The position numbers and the translations under genes are program-made. A stretch of 63,387 bases of DNA, the filler included, from Trichomonas gallinae (taxonomy: Eukaryota), in NCBI GenBank assembly GCA_008369845.1. It is 8 parts of 8 records of this genome, joined end to end, with 100 filler letters (N's around TTAATTAATTAA, not from the genome) between each part and the next. Parts side by side here need not be neighbours in the genome. Positions count along the whole stretch, not along the records: positions 19,761 to 37,000 come from MRSU01000057.1; 7 more parts are not named here. One strand, written 5' to 3'. The notes below the pieces were generated by a model that was not told where the DNA came from, searched no databases, and saw only the letters and a list, made by a program, of their open reading frames with translations. Shown here piece by piece: positions 20,094-29,787 of this stretch. The number at the start of each line of letters is the position of its first letter. Within the stretch, counting starts at the first letter, position 1.

Positions 20094-22520
20094 ATGGGGA
20101 AATTCATCATGCAAATGAAAGGAGTCATGTATAGGAAGCTTTTAATATACAAAAGGTCCTACATCAGTGCTATTGTTCTCACTATTCTCGCTTGTATATT
20201 CTTTACTTTTAATTTCGCGGTCAAAATATATTTATTATTCGATAAAGAGCCGAATGGAAAGGTTATATCGACATACAAATCATTCTTCATACCAAATAAC
20301 ATATCAATAGCGCGGATTATTAACGCAAATTTAAGTTCTCCATTTTTCATCGATCAAGTGAAATCATATCTCATTGATATCTGCAAGAGTGAGCTTGGTG
20401 TAACACCCAACTTCTATGATTTCGAAAGTTTCGATAGTTTCAATGATTATATTTATGATGCACAGCTAAATAACGCTGAACATACGAATTTCGCGTTCTC
20501 TTATGAGATAACAAACTCAACGGAAGTGAAATTTTTGGATAATGGAACATTAATCGGAGATTTGAATATTTCATATCAAACAAATACAACAAGCACTCAA
20601 CTTCCTGTCTATTCATTAATACGCAGGGCAATTTGGAAAATATCGCATCAAGATAGTTCTGCTGATTTTTCAATAAGCACTGCTGCATTCAGTAGTATTG
20701 GCAGTGGATCACTTGAATATATCATTACTGGACCGATTTTATGTCTCGCTATGTCGTTTGTTTACGTGTTTTTCATTGGTCAAATCAATGAAGATATTAA
20801 ATCTCCGCAAAGATCATATATGTTCACTTGTGGACTTTCCATTTGGACCTACTGGTTTGCGAACTTTGTCGTAGACTGGATAATTAGCGAAATTTTCGGG
20901 ATCGTTTTCTTTTTCGTTGCATGGGCTGGCAAAAACAGGTTTGTAATGGATTATCCAGCTTTCACTTTCTTTGCTATGTTCATCACATGCTTCAGCTGCG
21001 TTTTGTACACATATTGCTGGGCTTGGGTGTTTGATTCGAAGAATACCGCGCGTATTTTCTTCATTTTCATCGAGTTTGCAACAGTAATTGTCTTCTTTAC
21101 TCTCGCCCTGGTTATACAAACCTTGCCTAAGGCCATTTCCGGAGTTTTCAACACATTGTTCCCAATTAACATGTATTACGCAATTACTAACGTCGCCACA
21201 AGATTCACAGGCAGACAAGATAACACTTTCGGTGCAGATGTTGGCTATGATGGCATTGATATTTATGTGATGATTATGGCTTTTGCTGATATTCTCTATT
21301 TCATCCTAATTTTAGCCATAATTGAGTTTTGCATATACATATATAAGAAGAGGAAGGCAATAAGTGACTGGAAAGGCTACGAAAATACATTTGTAAAGCA
21401 AAAAGATAACCAACCGATGACTGATGAAGCTCTAGCTATGGAAGATAGCGTAAAGAATGCAGCACCAGGTGAATATGCAGTCAGAATCAATGACGTTTCT
21501 AAATTATTTTATGATTCAGCTCACAAACCGATTTGTGCTGTAAATCAAGTGAGCCTTGGCATTAAAGCAGGTTCTTTATTTGGTTTCTTAGGTGCAAATG
21601 GTGCAGGAAAGACAACACTCATGAAAATTATTCTCAGAGAACTTCAAATGTCAAATGGCACAATAGAATTAGAAGGAGAAGACATATCTAAAGGCTATAA
21701 AGCAAATAGAATTGCTTTGTGCCCACAATTCGATGATCATTTATCGCCACATTTAACATCATACGAACAAATCAAGTTCTATTCCTATATACACCAGATT
21801 CCAAGCGACCAGCGTGAGCATAGAATCAGCATGTTAATAGAAACCCTAGAACTCACAAATCACGCAGACAAATTAACAAATCAGCTTTCAGGAGGCAATC
21901 AGAGAAAGATATCAGTAGCAATCGCATTCCTATCTGATGCACACATCATTTTGTTGGATGAGCCAACTTCTTCTCTCGATCCTGTTGCTAGACACAAAGT
22001 TCACAACCTCATCAACGTAAATCGCGGCGAAAAAACATTCATGTTGTGCACACATTTATTGGATGAAGCTGAGGCACTCTGCGACAACATATCTATCATG
22101 TTGAACGGCTGCGTCTACGCAATTGGCACGCCGCAGTATTTGAGCTCAAAGTTCGGCACAGAGTGGAAATGCGACATAGTTTTGGACTCAAGTAGTAAAG
22201 AGACTGAAGAAAGCGTCGAAAGATTCTTCAGGGATAAGCTGCCTAACTCCAGGATATCAATCAAGAGGCCTCTGTCAAGGATCTACTCTGTTCCGTCACA
22301 AGATATAAAACTCACGAATTTGTTCCAACTTCTTCAGGAAGGGAAAGATAATAATATCGGCATTAAGTACTACACGTGCAGCTGCTCGACACTCGAGAAA
22401 GTCTTCTTGGAGATAATCATGTTGTCTGAGCGCGGAAGGCTGAGTGGCACATCAGATGAAGAATCCACTAGGAACAGGGCAAATACAAAAAACACATCAG
22501 AAGAAATTCCATCATTATAG
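20094..22520 (+). CDS. ABC transporter, subfamily A, half-size (one TMD + one NBD)
   Basis: N-terminal TM, large extracellular loop, further TMs, Walker A GANGAGKT, signature LSGGN, Walker B ILLDEP, H-loop THLLDEAE and C-terminal TLEKVF. First ATG is at 20094 (ORF track begins at GTG 20034, inside an AAAGTGAC motif). Confidence 0.92.
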   Translation: MGKFIMQMKGVMYRKLLIYKRSYISAIVLTILACIFFTFNFAVKIYLLFDKEPNGKVISTYKSFFIPNNISIARIINANLSSPFFIDQVKSYLIDICKSELGVTPNFYDFESFDSFNDYIYDAQLNNAEHTNFAFSYEITNSTEVKFLDNGTLIGDLNISYQTNTTSTQLPVYSLIRRAIWKISHQDSSADFSISTAAFSSIGSGSLEYIITGPILCLAMSFVYVFFIGQINEDIKSPQRSYMFTCGLSIWTYWFANFVVDWIISEIFGIVFFFVAWAGKNRFVMDYPAFTFFAMFITCFSCVLYTYCWAWVFDSKNTARIFFIFIEFATVIVFFTLALVIQTLPKAISGVFNTLFPINMYYAITNVATRFTGRQDNTFGADVGYDGIDIYVMIMAFADILYFILILAIIEFCIYIYKKRKAISDWKGYENTFVKQKDNQPMTDEALAMEDSVKNAAPGEYAVRINDVSKLFYDSAHKPICAVNQVSLGIKAGSLFGFLGANGAGKTTLMKIILRELQMSNGTIELEGEDISKGYKANRIALCPQFDDHLSPHLTSYEQIKFYSYIHQIPSDQREHRISMLIETLELTNHADKLTNQLSGGNQRKISVAIAFLSDAHIILLDEPTSSLDPVARHKVHNLINVNRGEKTFMLCTHLLDEAEALCDNISIMLNGCVYAIGTPQYLSSKFGTEWKCDIVLDSSSKETEESVERFFRDKLPNSRISIKRPLSRIYSVPSQDIKLTNLFQLLQEGKDNNIGIKYYTCSCSTLEKVFLEIIMLSERGRLSGTSDEESTRNRANTKNTSEEIPSL

Positions 22521-22820
22521 AGATTATCAATATTTCTTGTTTTATGAGTAAAATTACTATTTTTGTGAATTTTCGTCTTTAAAAATCTAAACCTCTTTTC
22601 CCAAAACCTTTGCAAGTATAGCATGATTATATTTGTCAGATAAAGACTTTCATTGTGATGATGATTCTTTTTTGGTAAAATTTCATGAGTGATTTTCGTC
22701 GAATATCATGTGGATTTTAACATTCTTTCAGCAAATTGCTGTGATCTTTAGACAAGATAAGAAGCCTTAGATCAACTTAATTTAGAATAATAAGAATTAT
22801 TGTTAAAATTGTTTTGGAAT

Positions 22821-22866
22821 CATCCCCTTGATAATTTAATTTCTGTTGGATGCATCCCCTTGATAA
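22821..22866. repeat. 14-bp direct repeat CATCCCCTTGATAA x2
   Basis: Copies at 22821-22834 and 22853-22866, just downstream of the stop of the minus-strand gene ending at 22872. Confidence 0.7.
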
Positions 22867-22871
22867 ATTTC

Positions 22872-23546
22872 TTATGATGAAGATGATTTTGGTTTCGATA
22901 TATGGCCTATGATGCTTACTTCAGGGTCGTCATCATCGTGGAAAGAAACGAACTCTTCTTCATGATTATGAATTTCATTTTCGACAACTATATGACCATA
23001 AAAGTCGAGCTTGTTTATACCGAGGCAATACGGTTGTCCAACGCATGGTGTTGTCTGCATAATCCTTGCATACCTTGCTTTATAGGGCTTGTCTAGTTTG
23101 TACACCTTTTCAGTGCAATATTCCATCTTCTGCTCTTTCGTCACGTTGTGGACTTCTATCCATGTTTCGTTGTCAAGAGAAAGTGACAGACTCCAGCTAT
23201 ACAAGCAGCAAATGGAGCAGTACGAAACAGTTTGGCAGCAGCAGCCTGCATTACAGCATCCTGCACGTATTAAATACTTGTCGATCTGCATGATTTTGTC
23301 TTTTAATTCGAATTGAATCCATGGCTTCATATTTAAATGAGCTGACAAGCAATTTGAGCACCAGTCATACTTCTTATTGAATGGGTAAATAGCATATTCC
23401 GGTTTAGTCATCTTTTTCGATCCATTGATATCTTGCTGCGATGATCCGCTGGCTCTCACGATGATATCATTATTGTAGTCGAGATGCATAATTATGGACT
23501 CGTTGTCGTATTCTGTTATATATGATAAAATCAGCACTAAAATCAT
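22872..23546 (-). CDS. Cys-rich F5/8 type C (discoidin/galactose-binding)-like secreted protein, trichomonad-expanded family
   Basis: Signal-like MILVLILS, PEYAIYP…YDWCSNC, PWIQFEL, WSLSLSLDNETW, ARYARIMQ and an acidic C-terminus. ATG at 23546 with AAAGTGAC (23557-23564) upstream. Confidence 0.78.
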   Translation of the reverse strand: MILVLILSYITEYDNESIIMHLDYNNDIIVRASGSSQQDINGSKKMTKPEYAIYPFNKKYDWCSNCLSAHLNMKPWIQFELKDKIMQIDKYLIRAGCCNAGCCCQTVSYCSICCLYSWSLSLSLDNETWIEVHNVTKEQKMEYCTEKVYKLDKPYKARYARIMQTTPCVGQPYCLGINKLDFYGHIVVENEIHNHEEEFVSFHDDDDPEVSIIGHISKPKSSSS

Positions 23547-23645
23547 TTTTTTTATTGTCACTTTTTATTCAAAATTTTTGGAGATAATTTTTGAAATTAA
23601 TAAGCTAGTTATATATAATGGATCAAAATTTTTGGAAAAAAATTG

Positions 23646-24020
23646 TTAATTTTCTACACCAAGTTTTCGGAGGCATTGCATTGTCATTTCGATGCTCTTT
23701 GCTAGATTAGAAGCATCTGTAGCTTTATTACGAACAATGTTGGTTTGATATTCCTTAAGATTCGTAAGAGCAGCAAAAAGATCTTGAGTTACCTTAATGC
23801 ATTGCTTGAATTCCTCACTTAATACTTCCATTTGTGCTCCTATTATATCAATAACGTTATTATCTACCTCATCAACGCGAGAAATTACTTGTGTTATGGA
23901 ATTCTTTATCATTTCGGCCATCGGAGATTTTGATTCGAAATCCACACGTGTCCTCGATAACTGATCAGTTATAGAGTCGCTTGGTTCTCGAATCTCTTGC
24001 TTAAATGGATCATTTTGCAT
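23646..24020 (-). CDS. Hypothetical helical/coiled-coil protein (124 aa)
   Basis: ATG-initiated ORF with AAAGTGAC (24054-24061) upstream on the minus strand. Confidence 0.7.
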   Translation of the reverse strand: MQNDPFKQEIREPSDSITDQLSRTRVDFESKSPMAEMIKNSITQVISRVDEVDNNVIDIIGAQMEVLSEEFKQCIKVTQDLFAALTNLKEYQTNIVRNKATDASNLAKSIEMTMQCLRKLGVEN

Positions 24021-24329
24021 TTTATTATAAAATCTACTTAAGTTTGATGTGGTGTCACTTTTATTTGTAGAATTTTCTCTAAAAAATTATTCATTAATTT
24101 GATTTTTAGTTATATATGAACATTCATGTTAAATATTGAATACAGAAATATCTCTACATGCTTCTAAACATTGCATCTACGCATTCACATCATATTTAAT
24201 AATTTTCAACTCTTATAAAAAAAATTAAAATGGAAAAACAGCATTGAGTATTGCATCATTTTTTGAACAATATAAAACTTTTTGATTTTTAATAAGTTAC
24301 GCTCTGCTAAATCTACAAAAACAAAAAGA

Positions 24330-24920
24330 AAATAAGAGAGGTTATTGATGAAGTGGGCAGTATCGACTATGTCTGCGATCTTCTCTATTCATATATATCG
24401 ATCGCCTAAATGTCCATGTTCGTCAGTACTATTTGGGCTTTTAAAAATTTCATACCCATTCATTAGAACACTCAAAACATTCTTTCGTGCAAAACTGCTT
24501 CCACCACCACCTCCACAGTAACCAGATCCATCGCCTCCAGCCGAGCCTTGGGCTGAAGCACAAGCGTTTCAGCCTTAAATCAAGATCCAGTTTCAGCTCT
24601 GCTCCAGAGACCAACATGGCATCATCTGTGTTATTGGAAAGCAAGACAAAGGAGGCTCCTCCTCCTGTACATCCTATCGTGCGTGCACTGGCAATTGCGT
24701 TGTTTCTTCCTTGAAATTTATCATTTTTTAAAGGACTGTTAGAACAAGCTCCCTCCCTACAAACATAAGCGTATATCATCTTACTATGGCTAATTTCATA
24801 TGTTAAAGCACCGCCCTGGGCTCCCCAAAGACTGAACAAACAAACACCTTTGGGCAGAAAAACAGAACCAAGCTTCCCTTCATTGTTTAATTCTACTCTC
24901 AAGAAAGAGATCGGATTCAT
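24330..24920 (-). pseudogene. Decayed glycine-rich-domain family gene (frameshift + premature stop)
   Basis: One frame gives LPKGVCLFSLWGAQGG…GGGAS. A shifted frame continues AGGDGSGYCGGGGGSSF…FKSPNSTDEHGHLGDRYI*IEKI (TGA at 24389-24391), the typical GGSS…F..P…E.GH.G.G..RI ending of this family. Confidence 0.75.
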
Positions 24921-25545
24921 TTTCGTCTTTGAACTAAATGGCTATCAAAAAAAAAACATGAGAAAATCAAATGGTATTTGTTAAAACTGTTGGAATATTT
25001 CTAGATAATCAAGATTGAAAACAAAAATATTCCCTGAGTTTTCAAAAATATTATAATATATCTGGTAATATCCACCATATATGAAGAATTCAGTTGTCAT
25101 TTCTGCTATACTAAATCAATAACACATATAGGATGATAAATGGCACATATGTTTGCAGTATCTTTAACTAAATCGTGGATATTCCTTATGCTCTCAGATA
25201 TGTTGCTTATGTTCAAGATATTTTAATAAATCGACTTAATAGATAGATTTTCTATGCCTACAGATCAATTAATTATGTAACAGAGTGGAAATTTGATACA
25301 TGTTATGCTGTTACTAGTATTAAATCGATCGAAATTAGATTTGAATTCAAAACAGATGTAGATTTACATTTGTTCTTCACTCTGCTTTTCTATCATAAAT
25401 AGTTTATTTGATTACTAATAATAAATCATGAATTTAGCATTAAAATCATTTGATATAACAAATTAAAATTACGTGTCAAATGTCAAAACTGAATTATATT
25501 TACATGGCGGATGTCAAAAACGATGAAAATTGACAAAAAACTTTG

Positions 25546-28500
25546 ATGATCTCCTTTATCCTATTTTCTCTCGCAGCGAGTACATTTAGGCCAGATCACG
25601 AAGTCGTCATGAGTGCAGTAGCACCATGGGATGAGACTCCACTGTTCGAACACATCCTATTCTTCATGACTGATTTTTCAACTGACATGGCAACACAATT
25701 CTTGACAACAATCATCAAAAACCACGACCAAATAAAGAACGAAACGTATTTATGGGAGGTTGCTTATTCAATTCTCCCCAGGTATCATCATTCTTATCTT
25801 AAAGCGCAAATCGACATCGGCTTCTACTCACCACGTGGTGAAATGTACCGTGAAATGGCCCGCAACAAGGGTGGTTCTAACTTCCCAGACCTCATTGTCA
25901 TTGGCGAAAAGTTAAATACAAAAGAAATCCTCACACACTATCTTCCAAGCGATAATCTCGAAGTCCAGCCATTCGAGCTTCAGTTTGGAATCCCACGCTC
26001 CATTGTTTACGCCAACATTTTCAACAAGGAAGTCGCTGAGTATATTCTCGAACTTATCGATGAGAAAATTCCATTTTCATTCCGCCCAACATCAAAGACA
26101 GGAAAGTTCGGTGTGAATCTTCGTGGCTTTGGTATCGAAATGCGTCCATTCAAGTATTCAATGGAATATGGGGTCAAAGACTCAATTGTTCTCGAATCTG
26201 CCAAGGAAGCAAATCTTCACAATGATGAGACAACAGAAAATTTCACAGGAATTCCAGAATCTTACTTCAATTTACAGGATGAAACACAATTCCCAGAAAA
26301 ATTCACCGCTTGGGTGGCCAATCATAGCGATATTCCACTTACAAAACTTATGCGCGACTTCTCAAATAACTATCCACTCTATATCGACGAGATTCTTAAG
26401 ACAAATGTATCTAATAAAGCAATCAAGGATTTGAACATGTTGTACAACATGAGATACAGAGAAGCCACAATGTCCTCCTTAAATGGTCGCGTTTTCTCAG
26501 TTAATAATCTTGATGTTTTCACCCTTGTTGATACAATCAACCAGGAACGTGTCAGCCGTCAGATCTTAGTTGACAACTTCAAGCTCAACGACACACAGCT
26601 CGATATGGTCTACAAGAACGCAATTGATAATTCAAACGCGATTTATTTCGATACACGCTCCAAATACGTTCACTGGTACAATGATGTCATGACATATCCT
26701 AATTTCCAGAATTACAGCGAAGATTTCGACGTCTTTTATTATCCATTGCAACAACTTCCTCGTGTTAAGCGTCCACTCGGTCATTACGTTATCTACCAGG
26801 ATCCAACATCATACAAAGGCTTCTTTGAGCTCTACTGGGCCACATTATTGCTCGATGAAGGATTCCCAGTTAACGTTGGCCTTGTTCCTCATTTCAACCT
26901 CGGAAACAAGCTCAGCAGAAGAGTTGCTTTCGCTTTCCACCACATTTCTAGGAATGTCAACGCTTCAGCTGCTATTGACTTCTTAATTGGCAGCTACTTG
27001 ATCGCAGGCGTCGCTCCACGCACAAACAGGCCATATCCACCAACAGCAGCAACATACAAAGCCTCATACGAATTCTACACAAAGGAACACCCAGAATGTA
27101 TCAAATGGGATGATCTTCATATACTGATGTATGGATCCCCAGAGTTCGACGCTATCATGGAAACACGTGATTACATCAAGAACTCCAAGCTTTCACTACC
27201 ATGCAATTATTTGAACGGCAAACTGGTTGATACATCAAATGGCATGAATTCTATTTACTACTCAGCTTCTGTTGCTATCAAAGAGATGTCCAAGCTCATT
27301 GCGCGCCTCCAAATCACAGCACAAGACAAATTCGATCCAATCGAGATCATTTCCAGACGCTACTTCGTCGTCAAAAGCTTAGATCTCGACGTTTTATTCC
27401 GCAAGCCGCAGTCCCTTCAGATCTCATACTTGACATACGACCGCCAGGTCGAATACGTCAATCTCATCTCGCAAACACAGTGGGACAAGGTTGATGCTGG
27501 CCGTATTGTCAACTACTACTATCTTTTCTGCAACAGCTCAGTCGATACATCAACATTCTTCAAATTTGCAGAAACAAAGAGATTCAACGCCGCTCAATTC
27601 AAAGTTAACCCAGAGATTCCGCTCAACCTCAGGGACACATTCCCGTCTCCAGATGGCCCGTGCTCGCTCGTCGTCAACGGAAGAGTCTACAGAGACATTG
27701 ATCCTAACAACCTTGAATTCTTCTCTCTTGTCGATGACTGGAACACATACTTCATCGCAGATTCCATCTATCAGCTCGATCGCACTGTCAAACGCAACCG
27801 CGTCGAATGCGCTGCCTATGTTTCAAGCCTTTTAGTTGACTGGCTGAGTGACTCAGTAGATAGGCGCCAAGATTCAACAGATATCTTCGCATTGAACCAC
27901 ACATTAATTTACGCGACAAAGAACTCAACAGCAGAGATTGTCTGGGAGATTTTTATTGACCCATTCTCTAGGAACTTCCAGAGAATTTCTTCAATCATCA
28001 ACTGGGTCGAGCAGCACAACTTAGCGCAGATTCATTTAGTCATAGTCCCACCATTTTCCATCAACAACAGCTTCACGACATTCACAACATACTACAGGAA
28101 CACTCTCGATTCTGATCTCGCCGTCTTCAAGATGCTCAACGACACAACAACATACTCGGCGATGCCAGACATGCCAATGTCTTGGGTCTACGAGTCAATG
28201 CGCGCATCAACAGACTTAGACAACATTCTTTTGTCTCAGTTATCAACACATTCTCAGGAAGGTGTTTACGTTTTGACTAACGTTCTCGTTGAAGGTTTCT
28301 GCAGGACAAGCGAACTCCAAACTGCTGAAGGAACAGAGTTAGCTTTAACAAGCGAACAAGGCGAGAAGATCTCAGACACAATCGCTATGATGCCTGGATA
28401 CTTCCAGCTTCCTGCAAATCCAGGCCTCTGGAACATCGAAATAGGAGGCGCAAGGACAGCCTCTATCTTCACATTGCCTAAGGAACATGTCATAGTCGAC

Positions 28501-29460
28501 AGCTTTGTTACACGCACAAAGTATATCAAAGTTCACTACAGGCCAGGCAAGGAGGGAATGAAGGCAAACAACGTGACAAGTAATGGAGACTACGCGACAA
28601 CAGACAGAGTCGATGTCTTCACTGTCGCTTCCGGACACCTTTACGAGCGTCTTATGAAGATCATGATGTTGTCTGTCAAGACAAGATCAACACACAACGT
28701 CAAGTTCTGGATCGTCAAGAACTTCTTGTCACCAACATTCAAGGCCACACTTCCTATTATGGCTGAGAAGTACAACTTCTCTTACCAGCTCGTTTCTTAT
28801 AAGTGGCCATCGTGGCTCAGACAGCAAGTCGAGAAGCAGAGGATCATCTGGGGCAACAAGATTTTGTTCTTGGACACAATCTTCCCACTCGACCTTGAGA
28901 GAGTTATTTATATTGACGCAGATCAAATCGTCAGGACAGATCTTAACGAACTGATGAGGATGGACTTCCAGGGAGCTCCTTACGCTTTTACTCCAATGTG
29001 CAACTCAAGAGTTGAAACTGAGCCATTCAGGTTCTGGAAGCAGGGCTACTGGCTCAACCATCTCCAAGGCAAACCATATCACATCTCCGCGCTCTTCGCC
29101 ATCGATTTGTTGAAGTTCAGAGAAATGGAAGCTGGTGACCAGTTGAGATTCTTCTACCAGCAGTTGTCAGCTGATTCTAAGTCACTCGCCAACCTCGATC
29201 AGGACCTTCCTAACTACGCCCAGGATAATATCCCAATCTTCTCACTTCCTCAGGAGTGGCTCTGGTGCGAGACATGGTGCTCAGACGAGACAATGAAGGA
29301 CGCCAAAACAATCGATTTGTGCAACAACCCATTGACACACGCTCCTAAGCTTCAGATCGCTCAGACAAGAATCGAAGAATGGCCGAAGTTCGATGAACTC
29401 GCTAGAAACATCACTGCAGGCCCTGATGATTATCAGTACCAGTTCTTCAAGAAGGAATAA
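25546..29460 (+). CDS. UGGT: UDP-glucose:glycoprotein glucosyltransferase (GT24)
   Basis: Signal peptide, LRGFGIEM, DLDNILL, GYFQLPANPGLW, FTVASGHLYERL, QRIIWGNKILFLD, YIDADQ, LANLDQDLPN, WLWCETWC and DLCNNP. Confidence 0.96.
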   Translation: MISFILFSLAASTFRPDHEVVMSAVAPWDETPLFEHILFFMTDFSTDMATQFLTTIIKNHDQIKNETYLWEVAYSILPRYHHSYLKAQIDIGFYSPRGEMYREMARNKGGSNFPDLIVIGEKLNTKEILTHYLPSDNLEVQPFELQFGIPRSIVYANIFNKEVAEYILELIDEKIPFSFRPTSKTGKFGVNLRGFGIEMRPFKYSMEYGVKDSIVLESAKEANLHNDETTENFTGIPESYFNLQDETQFPEKFTAWVANHSDIPLTKLMRDFSNNYPLYIDEILKTNVSNKAIKDLNMLYNMRYREATMSSLNGRVFSVNNLDVFTLVDTINQERVSRQILVDNFKLNDTQLDMVYKNAIDNSNAIYFDTRSKYVHWYNDVMTYPNFQNYSEDFDVFYYPLQQLPRVKRPLGHYVIYQDPTSYKGFFELYWATLLLDEGFPVNVGLVPHFNLGNKLSRRVAFAFHHISRNVNASAAIDFLIGSYLIAGVAPRTNRPYPPTAATYKASYEFYTKEHPECIKWDDLHILMYGSPEFDAIMETRDYIKNSKLSLPCNYLNGKLVDTSNGMNSIYYSASVAIKEMSKLIARLQITAQDKFDPIEIISRRYFVVKSLDLDVLFRKPQSLQISYLTYDRQVEYVNLISQTQWDKVDAGRIVNYYYLFCNSSVDTSTFFKFAETKRFNAAQFKVNPEIPLNLRDTFPSPDGPCSLVVNGRVYRDIDPNNLEFFSLVDDWNTYFIADSIYQLDRTVKRNRVECAAYVSSLLVDWLSDSVDRRQDSTDIFALNHTLIYATKNSTAEIVWEIFIDPFSRNFQRISSIINWVEQHNLAQIHLVIVPPFSINNSFTTFTTYYRNTLDSDLAVFKMLNDTTTYSAMPDMPMSWVYESMRASTDLDNILLSQLSTHSQEGVYVLTNVLVEGFCRTSELQTAEGTELALTSEQGEKISDTIAMMPGYFQLPANPGLWNIEIGGARTASIFTLPKEHVIVDSFVTRTKYIKVHYRPGKEGMKANNVTSNGDYATTDRVDVFTVASGHLYERLMKIMMLSVKTRSTHNVKFWIVKNFLSPTFKATLPIMAEKYNFSYQLVSYKWPSWLRQQVEKQRIIWGNKILFLDTIFPLDLERVIYIDADQIVRTDLNELMRMDFQGAPYAFTPMCNSRVETEPFRFWKQGYWLNHLQGKPYHISALFAIDLLKFREMEAGDQLRFFYQQLSADSKSLANLDQDLPNYAQDNIPIFSLPQEWLWCETWCSDETMKDAKTIDLCNNPLTHAPKLQIAQTRIEEWPKFDELARNITAGPDDYQYQFFKKE

Positions 29461-29787
29461 AATTAATTTTGATTTTTTGGACAAAAATCCAAATTTTTAC
29501 TACATTAACGCGCAACATCATTACTATATATTATCTCAATGAAATTATTATCGAAATTTCGTTAAATTTTACAATTTTGATTTTTACTTAACGATAATCA
29601 TATAAATTTCCTTCATAATTTATTAGTATTTTTTGAATATTTTTCATATTTATTGTTATGAGCTTTTAATTATGATAGTTTTTAGATTGGAAAAAATATT
29701 GAAGTTTTAAATGATGTTTGTATTAATGTTATGTGAAAAGTTTTTGTCAATTTTCTTTTTTATTGTTGTTTATTGAAGCAATTTTAT

